Shown: positions 12,393 through 25,689, numbered from the stretch's first letter. The stretch is 64,000 bases of DNA from Minutocellus sp. GHC0000111 (GCA_977018835.1 OZ361257.1:3472001-3536000), one strand, 5' to 3'. Numbers and translations: made by a program. The notes: generated by a model from the sequence alone, not told the origin.

Positions 12393-13827
12393 TTATGCCG
12401 TCCGGTCGTAAATCCAGCTGAATGCCCGAGGAACATCGGCTTCGTCGTCCTTCTTCTTCTTGTTCATAGATCGCTCGGCAAGCTTTCGGTATCGGGTTGG
12501 CAGGCGGCAGAGATACTCTCTCTCCTTCTCGCTTTCACTGCTGATTCCGGTGGTGTTCTCCAGATCCCAAGTCTTGATCAAGTGGTCAAGAATGTCGGCA
12601 TAGTCGATGGCGGTGTACACGCCGAGTCGCTGGGCCACAGCCGAAAAATTATCGTACAGCTGCGCATCTTTGCCGTCCGTCATGAGCTCCGCGGGCATGA
12701 CGATCTGTCCGCGCATCATATCTCCAAAGACCTTGATAAGGCCGTCGGGATCGCGCTTCAGGATCTCGGTTACAAAGGTTTGATAGGCCTTCTCGTGACG
12801 GCCCTCGTCGCCGGCAATGATGGCGCAGATTTTGCCCAAATTCTTGTCCCCAACCTCGCGGGCGAGCTTACCGACGTTGCCGTGGCTGATCTTGGTGGCG
12901 CGCTCCTGGAAGGAGGTGTAAACGAAGCCTCGGTACGGGTCCTTTTGTGCTCCGGGGTTGAAGCCGGAGGTGATGAGATGCTGGATGGTAACCTCGATGG
13001 AGCGCATGTCGCACCGGCCGCCGAGGTACAGGTACTTGTTGAGGAGGTCGCCGTGGCGGTTCTCCTCGGAGGTCCAGCCGCGGCTCCATCGGGCCCAGGG
13101 AGAGTCCGTGGTACCGGTGGGATCATCGCATCCCTCGAAGGTGTTGAGGAGGGTCTGATAGGTGGGGAGGGCCTCCTCCGTGACCATGTCGCCAATCAAA
13201 ACAACGAGAACGTCGTCGGGAACGCACGAGGCCTGTCCACGGAATTCACGAATTTGCTCCTCAAAATCATCCTGAGACAGGTCCGGCAGGTAGTCCTGCG
13301 GTTGCCAGGCCTTATCACCGGTCTCGAGAAGCTGAGAATTGTTTTTATTGAAACGAGAATTTTGCAAGGGCGGTGAGAACATATGTTGAAAATGCACATG
13401 GTATCATGCGAAGAGTTTAATGCAGCAACAAGATACGAGCGGTCTGAAGGCAGAGCGCATTCGGTCAAAGCGATTAACAATCCAATCAGGATATGCAGGC
13501 AGTATCCGCCCAACCCGCACCAGCTATCATCGAACTTACCACATCGTCGACCATGGCCCCAGCGATGGGGGCAAGATCTTCAATAACTTCAACGTGCTTG
13601 GGATACAGGAACTTGGTCCTCGTCAGGCGCTCCTCAAGGGTCTGGTCGTCGAAGTCCACGCCGCAGATGTCTTGGTATTCCTTCTTGGTGACCACGGACG
13701 GGTCGACGGTGGCGCGGAGGGAGGTGCTCGTGCTGCCGCCGCTGCTGATTGCCTGGGGCACGAACGCTGACGCAAGAGGCGACGATGCGCCGAGCGCGGC
13801 AGCGAGAATGAATCCTCGAAAGAGCAT
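12393..13827 (-). CDS. Plastid acyl-ACP delta-9 desaturase (palmitoyl/stearoyl-ACP); exons 13827-13540 and 13331-12393
   Basis: ASAFVP presequence; WQPQDYLP, TEEALPTY, EENRHG, FQERAT, DEGRHE diiron motifs. Confidence 0.96.
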
Positions 13828-14241
13828 GGTTTTCGGTAGGGAGCGAGCGTTGTTCAACGGGTGGCAAGCCAAGGAACACGAGGAGGGATGGGGTGCACTC
13901 TTCTATGCTTGTGGGTACCACAGCGCAAGAAAGCAATCGATCCAGCAAACGTTACGATGGAATTTTGGTGATGCCCTTTCGAGATGTCGACATTCGTCAT
14001 CGTAATGGAACGCGGTGAAAGACGCGCTGGCAGCTGGCGAACGCTCAGCAACGGGTCGACGCATCATCATGACGCAGTAGAAATGATTTTGGCGATTGCT
14101 TGCAAATTTCAGGTCGCTACTCGTTTTCGTTTGCTTCATCCAATTTTTTTGTTTCGTTCTTGTCCCACTTCATTTCTGTTTGTTGATTGCTTTTCATCGC
14201 TTGGCTAGGGTAAACAAAGTCGTGGTGCTGCTGTTGCCAAG

Positions 14242-16486
14242 ATGGAGACGTCCTTAACGTTGGTCCAGTCCCTCATACCACTCATAGTGTTGCTGCTATG
14301 CCTGGCGCTGTACATTGTCCGACATTACGTCTCCCCAGGAACGTCTTTTTTTATTCAGTTCCTCGTCACAGTTGCATTCACGTTTGGGTTCTTCGGTCTG
14401 GCCCTCATGCCCATTGACCTGAGCCTGACCACGTCCATTGATTCCAGGTGAGGCAGATATGTATTTGTGATAATATATATGAGTATGCGGCACGCGCTTG
14501 ATGGTGCAAGCGAAAGGGAGTCGTCGTCCCCTGCCTGCGGTCAGCCGTCCAAACCAAAATTTAAAGCGGTGCGCGGAGGCGACATGAGGGCCATACTGGG
14601 TTTCTTTGGAGGGGTGAAATGCCCACCCCGATGCGTTCGAAGAATGAAACCACGCAACAGACCAAACAATGAATGCCAATGGCTGCTCCGTCCTATATCA
14701 TGCCTCCGAAACACATCTTGTGCTCACTTTTCTCTCACATTATGTTTCTTCTTTCGTTCGATGTTTGCTCACCAATGCACCAATGCAACAATACAGTGAC
14801 GGCGACAAGGACGGCAACTCCTCCAAGAATGCCGCCGATTATCAATCCGTAAATGCGACGTATGTCCCGTGGTTAGTAACGTACTGGTCGACCATGTTTC
14901 TGGCCTTTACTATCCTGCCTCTTTCGAGAGAAACTCTGCTCTCGGGATACTTTTCCATAACATCTCGAATGAGGGATGGCTGCCGAATTGCTGCAAGGGC
15001 GTACGTCCTCATGGCCATCGTTGGCATCACCTCTGTGATTGTTCTGGCCGTATATCTGAGGGATATTCACATCATTCCTGTGATCATGGCGCTGGGCAAC
15101 ACATACGGTCTGCTGTTGGTGTGCCTCCTCTTGGGATATGGTTTGGTCGACCTCCCTCGAAGGTGGTGGCGTCAGGCCTGTCCGGCATCAGAGCTGCGTC
15201 GAGCTCGGATCATGGCCGGAAGTGCCGACGAGGCCCTGTTTGATGCCGTTTGGGAACTACAGGATTGCGAGGAAAGCATCGACGCTGCCGTGAGTGCTAT
15301 TGAAGATGCTCGGCAGAGTTCGGCCCACGCTGGTACTGGCGAAGGCTTCGAGAATGAGGCCTACACCAAATGTGTGGACAAGCTCCTCAAATGGAGGGAC
15401 AAGACAGCAACGCTTAGTCCAGAACTAGAACGCAGACGGACGGCGTCACATCGGCGGAATCAGGACAATGGCCAAATAGAGAACAATGCCGAGCTCATGG
15501 GGGAGGATGGTGCTGCACCCACCATAGAGGCGTTGGCCAAGCTCGGTGCGAGGTTGAAGAGAGCGCAAGCCAATGTCGTGAGTGCAGAGCAAAAATGGAA
15601 TAGTTTGGTAAGCCGAGCGCGGTGGTTTGCCGATCTTACGGAAGGAGAGGGACCCCCGCCACCGGACAGTGCCGTCACTCCAAGGCGGAACGCTCGCGTC
15701 CAAACGGCGGAACCACTTGTGGTGGACCAGTCCAATACCATGAAAGGCAAAATGCGATACTGCTGGACTCGATATTTCCGTTCGAGCAGCTATCGCGCCA
15801 TGGGCATGCTGACTGCTGGTATGTCGGTGATGGTCCTTTGGAGTGAAGCCACGCTCGCAATTCCGATCAATCTGTCTCCTTTTGCGCTTTTTCTTGGTGT
15901 CGCAGACAAGGGTGAACGTCGTGGGATCTTGTACCAAGTAGCAGCAATGATCCCACTGCTGTACATGTCTGTGTGCATTTTCAGCAGTCTGTTCAAGCTG
16001 AGTATTTTCGGTCCATTCTGTCTCCGTGGTAGAAAACAAAGTCCAGGCGTCGCTCTCGTATTCAATGCGCAGTATCTCGTTCGCCTCCAATTCCCGCTAA
16101 TTTACAATTACCTGCTGGTGCTGAAGTACGATACATCCTCAACAACTTGCGCATTTTCGAAAGTCATGAGCCACATGGAAACGGTGCCCTTCTTTGGGAC
16201 CAGCTTCAACATTTATGCACCATTACTGATCCTTGCGTTTTGTGCCTTTACGCTTGTCAACGGTTACGCACGATTACTCGGATTACTTGGCTTTGAGCAT
16301 GAGGATATGGTCTATTTAAGTGACCAAGAAACGCTGGATAGCAAAGAAAACGAGGGAATTACATTGATACGGCGGCATGGAGAGCGCCAGGCAAGCCGTT
16401 CTGGAACGGAAGACTTGAAATTGAGGAGCGAAGAAGACGGCGGTGGCCGAATAACGAGCCCAAGCTTCCGAAATGGAATTGTGTAG
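14242..16486 (+). CDS. LMBR1-like (LMBRD2-type) membrane protein; intron 14448-14796
   Basis: MPIDL, GNTYGLLL..LLGYGLVDLPR, RLQFPLIYNYL, FNIYAP motifs and multiple TM segments. Confidence 0.88.
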
Positions 16487-16913
16487 ATTTCTTTTCCGTC
16501 TCGTAGTAATGATAACAACAATAGATGGGCATACCTATGGGACCTACTAATTAGCTAGAGTGCTACGTTTTTGTTCCTGCCGACTCTGAATTAATTAAGA
16601 AGTCCCAGTGATATTGTTTGTATTAATTAACACGGGTGTTAAAAGAAACTTATAAAACTTACAAAAGAAATCCTTAGAGTACAGTGTAGGTATTCCTACA
16701 TGGAGGCAAATGCTTCAAAACTGAAATCAAAAATCAAAATTGATCGAACTGGCACAAAAAAATAGAATGAAAGCACCAATCTGTACATGCGTGTGTCGGC
16801 GCTTGTTCGTCGTCGGCCCTTTGGCCGGCCAATGTTTTTGCCGTCGTTATGATTACCGGTCCACCATACGAGGAAAAAGGTGACCGGAGACAAAATACAT
16901 ATGTGCAAATTTT

Positions 16914-19900
16914 TTACAGGGGCGGCGGAGGCGGCGGTGCCTTCTTGGCACTTCGAGGTGAATGATCAAACGAGTTCAGACGTATCTTCGTAGATGATGG
17001 GGTACCCGCAGAAAGATCCGAAAGAGTTGATATGGCGCGGCATCGACGTTCACCGGAACTAGGACCTTTGGCAAGTGATAGGTCATTTTTGTTCACGTCG
17101 ACCCTTGACTGGTTCGCACGAGCAGGTTCCGCCTTCAAGTTTTCGCTTCGAAATGAAGTAGAGTATGAGCCAGGATGTGGCAAGGGGGCTGTGCCAACGG
17201 CGCTTGGTTTGCCCTCGCTGTTTGAAGAATTGACGCTATGAGCATCAGATCGGGGCGTCACCAAGGAGGCGTGATGTGCTGACTTATTCGGACCGGGCTC
17301 AGTCGGCACGCCAATGCCTCCGGTGGCTTCTTCCTTCAAATTTGCTGCGGCGGCCGGCCTGCTTGCATCTTCTTGTGGTCGGGGAGCAAGGAAAGACCAG
17401 TCTCGAGCAACCAGATGAGCAATTTCTCTCCTAGATCGAGAGAGACTGCAGCGCCTATAGTCTCGGTAGGAGCGCTTTACGACATCTAGCACTTCATTTT
17501 CGGAGTCCGAACGCTTAGTGCGGGATCGGAGGAGGAGGATGCGCAATGACATCATACTCTGGGCTACCAAATCATCTGGCCCACCACATTCGGTAGGAAT
17601 GTGATCCCCAAGAAGGGAAATCATGTCTCTTTCTTCGTCGCCATCAGTGGTAGATATTGAGCTTGACTCTGGGCCATCAACAGTCATGGGAGAGGGAGAG
17701 GTTTGTCGCCCTCCGTTTACGTCCATTTGCTCAATTGACATCGAAGAGGAAGCAAGCTCGGCCGCACGAGTTGAATCGGTTGATGCCCGACAGACATCGA
17801 CAACAAGGCGCCAATGAGGATCGGGACGATGCCTCTGGAGCTCGACCATTATCTTCTTTGCCATGGTGACGTCTCTCTGCACATTGAGCGTAGAGTACAA
17901 GACGACAACGATTCTTCCGACACTTGGGGATGGAACCGGGAAGGCGGCCATGGTTCTGACGCCATATATTTTTGCGCCACCAACTCGCTTGAAATAACCG
18001 GGCGCCGTCACTTGGATGTCGCTCTCCCACGACGGCAGATTTGTAGAATAAACTCGGCCTGGTACACCTGTTCGACAAAAAATCGGAGGAAAGATAATTG
18101 AAGGAGGGTTACAAAAAATCGCTCGGATCATAGGTCTGCGTTTTCACCTGGCATGGCAACATATAGACATAAATATAGGCGTTTACTCACCTTCTCCCGG
18201 TGAGAAAGAAAAATGCGAGCTGTACTCCCCGAATGCTGCGAGGTTCCTTGCCGATGCTGCATCTGACCTGATTGCACTGCCTGCATAACATAGCCGTAGG
18301 TGCTGAAGATCTTGAGGCTCTGTTGCAGCACGGGCAACTCCACCGTTGCTAGATGCGGCCTCGCATACATCAGTGCCGTCATATGCATCGGACGGGAGGA
18401 AGCTAGGTACCCAGCATTCTGCGGTCTGGAAGGGGGCCTTTGTATCTTGCAGAAACTTGATGATTGCATCAAGGTATGCCCCTCCGCTACTGATGCTCTG
18501 ACCATCGTCGAAGCTATTGTCGTCTGCGAGAGATTTTTGAATGGATTCCATCGAGACCAAAGATGGCATACTAGTACCGTTGGATGAGTCAACTTTTACG
18601 GAAGATGCCGGATTTGTCTCGGTCATCGCGGCACTTTTGGTGGTGTTCAGTCTCGTGTTAACATCGAAAGGGTCGGCAAAGCCAGTCCCCTCCGCGCTGA
18701 ATATTTCGTTGAGGAATTCCAACTCGGCTTGTGTCGTGGTGCTCGCAGCAAGGTTGTGGTTAGACGAAGGCCCTGCTGTTGACTTCTGTCCTGTGGTAGA
18801 TAGATCACTCGGAGGGGCACTGGGAAAGGAAGGTGCCGCAATGGAACCCGACCGAGACCTTGATACGGGAATTGTCGTAGAATCAGATCGTGGCCGCCCT
18901 CCAGAGGCTCCAAAAGAGAGCCAGTTTGATTTGGCACTATCGACGGTCGACGAAAATGCTGCTTGTGGTGCCGGCGATGGATCGGTTTCGGTTAGATGTG
19001 AGTCCATGATGAGGCCTCGGCTTTGGGCTTCAGCACCTTCGGCACCGGGTATTCCGCCGATGAAGACTCCACTAAGTCCACAGCTTGACCTTGCGTCCTG
19101 CTTCAAGGCCAGTCCCATCCGTCTTCGCTCGGCTCTTCTCACCTCCTCCTCGGCCTGACCACCTCGAAGCTCCATCTCCTCCAAGCTTGGGAGCCACTCA
19201 GTGGCAATGTCAAGGGAAGTGAATCCAAGCTGGAGACATAGATTCCAGAAGTGAGTCCTCCACATCCGTTGTAGATTGAATTTGGCCTCGAGGCGTAGAT
19301 ATTCTGAGTTTATGGAATTGAGGAAGTCCCCTTCGAGCTTTGAAAGTTCTGCGCACTTAGCCACGTCAGATCCATCATCCACGGTCCAGTTGCCAAAGGC
19401 AAACGACCTCATGGATAGTTTGGCAGACTTCATCTTCTTTGTCAGACGCGAAGGCTTGCACATGAGGGCATCGGATAGAAACTCGTTGAGCTTGACGCCC
19501 TGAGGTAAGGGCAAGGTCCCTGCCTCGAAGCACTCGACGATGTAATCAACGTAGGCCGTCTCGGCTGCCGTCCAACGTCCTGTCCGCCGGCGATGATCGA
19601 TGTTGGCAGCCCGGTAGGATGGTGCAGACGAGGAAGACATCGAAGACAAGGTCCTTAGATGCTCATTCTTGACGGAGCTCGTCCTGCCGTTTCCGTGATG
19701 AGCGATGCCTAGGAATGGCACCGCCGCGGCGAGAGATTTCTTGTCCATGTCGATGTCGTCCGCAGAAACTAGTCCCAGAAGATTGCCTTCACTGGAAGGC
19801 GGTGACGGCGTTGGGAAAGCCGTTTCACTACCACTCGCCTTACGCTTGCCATTTCCTCGGCTTTTCCCACTCTGTTCTTGCTGTTGCTCTTGATACCGAA

Positions 19901-20774
19901 GCTCACCGGCTTGCTCGAGGCTATCAAACCTCAGAGACAGGATTTGAATGGATTCAATCGGGGTGCCACTGTATGACTCGATGTATGGAGACCGTGTCTG
20001 GCAAAAACAGCAGAATTGGTGTTGTCCTGATAGAGATAACGACTGCTTGTCCATTGAAGCGGCGTGTTCTGACAGAAGTGAGAGGGGAAAGCAGCGCTGT
20101 CGTGGAATGCAGGGCGATTGCAAGATAAAGAAAGGATGGGTTCAAGGAGATAATTGTTAGATTAGAAGGTAAAGGGTGACAAAATACAACCAACTAAGAT
20201 GAAGTATCGGTAATAGAGAAGAATCAATGGGCCTATCGAGATACTGGTAACGCATAACATACGATCGCGAATCGGTGATCAAAACGAATAAGCAACAGCA
20301 GAGCTCCCCAACGCCAGATAAAGCCACGCTGATGTCTACTTATACAAAGGTTTGTATATATTTGACAAATCAGTTGGGAGTATATCAAGTAAAATGGCGC
20401 CGCCATCTATCTACGCAGTAGCTAGCGCCGCACCGAACTTTCCCTGTAGCTGTGAGTACGAGTCGGCGAGAAAGATTACCACGTCACGAAAGATTCGATC
20501 CTCGACAATTTAGTTGTCTACTTACCGCATGAAGAGTACAACTGCAGGGAAGAAGGCGCAGGTCAGACCCAGTCATGTTGCACCGTACGCATATCATTGC
20601 CTCTTCATCGCAGTTGGAGGTGGGCCCATTCTTTGGTTTGAGCTCCGCCTCCGCCTCCACGGCGACGTCGTCCATAATCATATCTTGGGAAGTGGCGGCG
20701 ATGAAAGCAGAGGAGGTGGGTGGATCCAAAAGGCCGTCCAATCCACCACCGCTGCCATCTACGGGCACATCCAT
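16914..20774 (-). CDS. Putative transcription regulator: RING-like + stramenopile RRxGxWT domain + NLP-type GAF-like region; exons 20774-20526, 20096-18191, 18067-16914
   Basis: Both introns are GT-AG and frame-preserving. CxxC..PCSCTLHA|RC..CxxC; RRTGRWTAAETAY..FEAGTLPL..LMCKPSRLTKK; ECWVP..FSFSPGEG|VPGRVY. Confidence 0.75.
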
Positions 20775-21090
20775 TTTATTGATAAATTAAAATCCAAGTG
20801 AATGATCCTGCATGCGGTTTTATGGATGTGTCGTTTCGGATAGTTTGCCAGCCAAGAGTTCGGGGTGGGTTCTTCTTCTTTGGGCCTCTGGGAATTTGGT
20901 GCCGCTAAAAAAAAATGTCTTTCGAGCATCTGTCTTGCGCCGGCCGGCCGGTTGTGTGCGATCAAAAAAGGGAGAAAAAGGAGAGAAGAAGGGGGGGGAC
21001 TGCGCTGCAGCGCGCGATGATGACCTCGTCAAAAAGGAGTTCATTCTTGGACCTACTAGCTAGTAGCCATAATTCCTAATCGGTACCATC

Positions 21091-23388
21091 ATGCCCGAGT
21101 CATCGTACCAACGCCGCACGCCGGCTGATCCTACGAGCACCGAGGCCGATGTCGGCACTGGCACAAGCATGAGCGGCGGCAGGAGGAGGCGACCGCGATA
21201 TCGGGGAAATTTTTCCACCTCCATCTGTTCTCTCTTCTCGGATCCTCAGCGTCGGTCGGACTGCTGTTCCATCGCCCTGTGTGGCGTCCTCCAAGCCGAC
21301 CGCAACCGCTACCTGCTGCTCGACCAGCGACCGCCACCATGGTGGCGTCGGCTTCTCATATGGGTAGCGCTGCCATTTGGGCTGTTCATTGCCGATCAGA
21401 AAGTGCTGGAGCGCATCCGAGACCTGCAAATCACGTGGAAGTGCCAGGAGGCATTTCCGGACGATGGTTCGGGCCCATACCTCGATGTGTTCAACTCGAC
21501 TACGGCGTTCGATGCCTACGTGGTAAACCCAGCTCTCGCCGATTTACGAATCGCCCACCTTGTTCTGTACACCGCTCTGCTGCTCTTCGTTGTTATTTTG
21601 TTGGGGCGTGCTGCATCGCACAGATTCAACTTTCGCAGTCAGATCCAATCCAAGTTGCATGATTTGGACGATGCAGGTACCGACATTGATGCTGGATCTG
21701 GCGACATTAATAATGCCAGAATGGAAAGAAAGACCAAGGTGGAAATAAGGAGCGCCACTCGTACATGCGGCTGCATTCGGGCACCAGATGATCTGGACAA
21801 CCCTGCAAGTGGCGCCGGCAACGACACTACATCTGTGGCCGGCGACCTCTGCACATGCCTCTGGCGCTTAGTATCGGCCATGTTCTGCCGTGTTTGCTGC
21901 GGCTGCTGGTGTGAGTGTTGTGGTATGTGTGCGACGGCTCAAGAGGGACGAGAAATTGAACTACTGGTCCCCACCGACAAGATCCAAAAGATGGACTACG
22001 TAACGTTCCAACCATTCAGTTCCTACTTGCCAGCGTTGGAGAACATCCGACGAACTCGTGATGGCAAGCTGCGATCTCATTGGCGAGCAATGTCTGATTT
22101 AGCAACCATACTCATGAAATGGGTTGGCCTTGTGCTTCTCATCCTGGCCATTTATGCCCTCACCAGCATCGACGCTTCGTTTACCTACAAAATTATGGCA
22201 GTAGTGATCGCTACATTGTTCCAGTCACTTATCCTGTTGTATTTTGTTTACTGGAAATGGCATATGTTCGACATTTCTCTTGACGCGGTAGTGAAATTCT
22301 TTGGTGCGGGATTCCTCTTTTCAACGAGTTCGGCACTCATCATTGAGATGCTGGTTTCGATTGGAGTCAGTGTCGTTACCGGAATCATCGGATTCTTCGC
22401 CGTAATTATTGAGGTTGGCTTTGGGTCCCTTGACGACACAAAGAATTCAAAAGAAGTCATCAAAACTCTTGTCCAAGACAATATCTGGCTTGGTGTCGTT
22501 TTCGCTCTGTTGAATGCCTTCATCGTTGCTTCCTTAACAGAAGAATTGTGCAAATACTTCGGCTACTGGATGGTGGAGCATCCCGACACCGACACGGATG
22601 CTTCTACTGACGACATTGATTCAGGCAGCTTGGGGAATGATAACACCGACCAAGGTGCTGAAAAAGAATTTACCATTGGAGACGAAGACGGTGGTGGAGA
22701 TGGTGCTGAATCTTCTCGCGTGGAAGATGGAGATTTTACTGGGAGAAGCCTCAACTCAAGGGGCGCAGCAATTACAATAGCAATGGTCTGCACGTCTGTT
22801 GGGTTTGCCTGTTGCGAGAACTTAAAGTATGTTTTTTCATCAGAAGATATTGGAACTGAAGTTGGCACGCTCATCGCTAGATCAATATTTCCGGCCCATG
22901 CCTTGGCGGCTGCAATTCAAAGTATTGGTGTCTGCCGAAGAGATCTTGAAGGCGACACATCTCACCAACTCGGCAAGATCATTTTCCCTGCTTGGATGCT
23001 ACACGGTTGCTTCGACTTCTTTCTCATGCTTTCTCCGGTACTTATGGCTATGAATCACTCGAACGACATTATATCGGATGACGACGACGCAATCAATCAG
23101 GAGGAGACTAGATATAATGCATACGTTACTGCTTGTCTTGAACATGGTTCCATCGACGGTGATGTGTGGAAACCAACCGATGATTCTGCCAGCAAGGAAG
23201 GCGGTGACGCCTCGGGGCAACAGCTGTCCGAAACGGATGTTATAATCACAACCGCCATGTTTGGAGCATCCATCCTGAGTGTTATCATTGGCACAATCTA
23301 TTACATCATTTTAAGTCGTCGCCAGAAACGCCGCCTCGCCTCTCTCGATGCTGCCAGGCTTGAGGGCAGCACTGCCGGACTGGTGTAG
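21091..23388 (+). CDS. PrsW-family intramembrane protease with N-terminal PLAC8-like Cys-rich region
   Basis: EELCK, GFACCEN, HALAA, HGCFD motifs of PrsW; N-terminal FSTSICSLF..CC and CCGCWCECCGMCA. Confidence 0.78.
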   Translation: MPESSYQRRTPADPTSTEADVGTGTSMSGGRRRRPRYRGNFSTSICSLFSDPQRRSDCCSIALCGVLQADRNRYLLLDQRPPPWWRRLLIWVALPFGLFIADQKVLERIRDLQITWKCQEAFPDDGSGPYLDVFNSTTAFDAYVVNPALADLRIAHLVLYTALLLFVVILLGRAASHRFNFRSQIQSKLHDLDDAGTDIDAGSGDINNARMERKTKVEIRSATRTCGCIRAPDDLDNPASGAGNDTTSVAGDLCTCLWRLVSAMFCRVCCGCWCECCGMCATAQEGREIELLVPTDKIQKMDYVTFQPFSSYLPALENIRRTRDGKLRSHWRAMSDLATILMKWVGLVLLILAIYALTSIDASFTYKIMAVVIATLFQSLILLYFVYWKWHMFDISLDAVVKFFGAGFLFSTSSALIIEMLVSIGVSVVTGIIGFFAVIIEVGFGSLDDTKNSKEVIKTLVQDNIWLGVVFALLNAFIVASLTEELCKYFGYWMVEHPDTDTDASTDDIDSGSLGNDNTDQGAEKEFTIGDEDGGGDGAESSRVEDGDFTGRSLNSRGAAITIAMVCTSVGFACCENLKYVFSSEDIGTEVGTLIARSIFPAHALAAAIQSIGVCRRDLEGDTSHQLGKIIFPAWMLHGCFDFFLMLSPVLMAMNHSNDIISDDDDAINQEETRYNAYVTACLEHGSIDGDVWKPTDDSASKEGGDASGQQLSETDVIITTAMFGASILSVIIGTIYYIILSRRQKRRLASLDAARLEGSTAGLV

Positions 23389-24209
23389 AAAAGGTACACA
23401 AGTAGATCTAATGGCAAGTTTAGCAACTTTTCCGACCTTCCTCTACTGACTTGTTACTCGAACTAGGCTAGCTAGAGCTAGATCTAGACTCTCTAGACTA
23501 GCTAGAGTACGGGCATTGAATGCACTGATGATTTTGCTTGCGCCGAATTGAGAAAGTTCGTTCGGTCTCTTGTTGCACGTACATGTACGTACGGCCGCAA
23601 CATTGCAAGTACGTACGTCGCGTAGGATTCCAATTTCTGTGACGGAAGACGGAAAGTAACAATTTAGGTATCTACCATAATAATATTAACCCCCCAATGT
23701 GAACTTACTGCTTACCGGCGCCGCCGCCCATCTGGCTGTGCATTCATATCTCGAATTGTAAGCAATGGCGCTTTGTTGCTGGATCGATGGCGATTATGGG
23801 CATCGACCCTGCACGTTGGGAAGACAGCGATGTGCGCATTGTATTCTGATGCGGTCCTGTTACGCACGAATTTGTGATTGACCTGTATTGGGGTCGGTTG
23901 GCGGCTTTGTTGCTCATCCCGTAAATAGGTTATGGGCCCCGTCGGCGGTAGGAAGTGGAGAGACTATGCATGGGCTTGATGCCGAGGAATATCCATGGTG
24001 ACGCTAGCGTGTTGTTCTGGTCTTGGGTCCTTTGGTGCCAATTGGTGGACATACTGCGCAAAATACCGTGGGGCTCTTTCGAAGACGCAGAATGGGCCAT
24101 CTTTTCTACGAGACATACCGTGGCATCATTTTCTCACTTTGTACGAACCTCCTCCCTCTTTCTCCCTCCCACAGTCGTTGTATTTTTGTTGGGAATAAGT
24201 AAATACAAA

Positions 24210-24659
24210 ATGGTTCAGTGCTCGGATGCCCTCGTTTGGGAGCTTGTCAAGAACAACTCCAGCTTCATGAAGAAGGTCAACGGCCGGACCAGCCGATCTG
24301 GTACCGTCCGTTTCTCTGTTGAGAAGGGCAACGTGAAGAACATCTCCTCGTACAAGTACTCTGGTTTCAACGCCAAGACTGTTGATGTTTCCGCCACCGA
24401 CGACAACCGTGCTGCCCTCAGCGCCAAGTCCTCCAAGGCCTCCACCCAGCCCAAGACGGGACAGCCCGTCACCCCCCTCAACAAGTCCTTCCGTCGTGTT
24501 GAGAAGACCATCACTTCCCAGATCGCTGACAACTACTACCGCCCCGACCTCAAGTCCGATGCTCTTGCCCGATACTCCGCCATCTACCGTGGCAACCGAG
24601 TTGCCAAGAATGTCAAGAAGGGAGTTCCGGTGAAGAAGGGACGCGGAAAGAGCGATTAA
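24210..24659 (+). CDS. RPL28: 60S ribosomal protein L28 (eL28)
   Basis: SDALVWELVKNNSSF, SYKYSG, YYRPDL; strongly biased codon usage. Confidence 0.95.
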   Translation: MVQCSDALVWELVKNNSSFMKKVNGRTSRSGTVRFSVEKGNVKNISSYKYSGFNAKTVDVSATDDNRAALSAKSSKASTQPKTGQPVTPLNKSFRRVEKTITSQIADNYYRPDLKSDALARYSAIYRGNRVAKNVKKGVPVKKGRGKSD

Positions 24660-25689
24660 ATATTGTTATTTGCGCATACAAAATAAATAATGAAAATACC
24701 CCCCAAAAGTGTTTGAGATGCCTCTTCTGCTAATATCGTGACTGAATCTCCTATGACCTGCGGTTGATGAACGAATGCCTTTTGAATGTAGTGGTGTAGT
24801 TTATTTGAAGAGACGGTTTGGATGGTCTGTTGGAGATGGCTGGGGGTATCATCAAGGCGGGAAAGAGGAGGGCGAGATCGCGAAAGCTGCGGACTTCACT
24901 CAGGCAGACAGACGTCCCAACTTTGCAATCGGCCGAAAGTAGAAAAGCTCGCGCTCAATCCCAGGATCCCCTCGCCTCGACTCTCCCACCCCAAGAGCAC
25001 ATAACAAAAAATAGGGTGGTGCACGCATGGCAGAAAGCAAGGGAAAAATTCCACCATGTTTGGCACTCTTTTTTTTGGGTGATTGTGGATGACGTTAATT
25101 TCTGGCCCAAGCGCGCATCTGTCATCTTCAACGCGCACCGCGCAAATAATACTACTACGCCATAAGCCGAAGGGCTGCTTCGTCGTGTCGCCCACATCCC
25201 CCTTCCGGCGGAACGAGCCGCCATGGCGTGCAGGTGCCCTCTTGCGTGGTGCCTGCAACAAGTACGCCGATCCGGCGGCGTCGTTGCCTAAGCAAATGGG
25301 CGATTGCTTGCCCACCGTCAGCGCGAGCTGCCGCTGCCGCCCCCTCCCGTCGTACTTATTGCCGCCAACTGGCATGTCCGGTGCTTTTGTATTGATCAAC
25401 CCATCGGTTCCGGCGTGCTGCCCATCGAGATGTGAGAAACATTCTGTTCGTGAATTTATTCATGTGAGGGCATCTATGGACGGTTCTTGGCTGGGCATCA
25501 TGTATTCATTCTCCCGAATCATACTGAGTTCAGCTGGTAATGGTAGCACGGTCAACAATGGCGGCAGCCGATGTGGCCGACAAGGGACCTTGCGTCCGTA
25601 TCTTGTCAGCCCCTTTTGCCGCTGGAGTCACCCGCTTTCCATTTCTTGCTTTGCTAAGTTTGTGTACAGATACGAATATGTACATTATT

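Noticed and set aside
12582..13376. Long antisense ORFs (also 7043-7816, 34405-35517, 54591-55631, 60976-61545)
   Set aside because: Shadow ORFs caused by strong codon bias of the highly expressed genes on the opposite strand.
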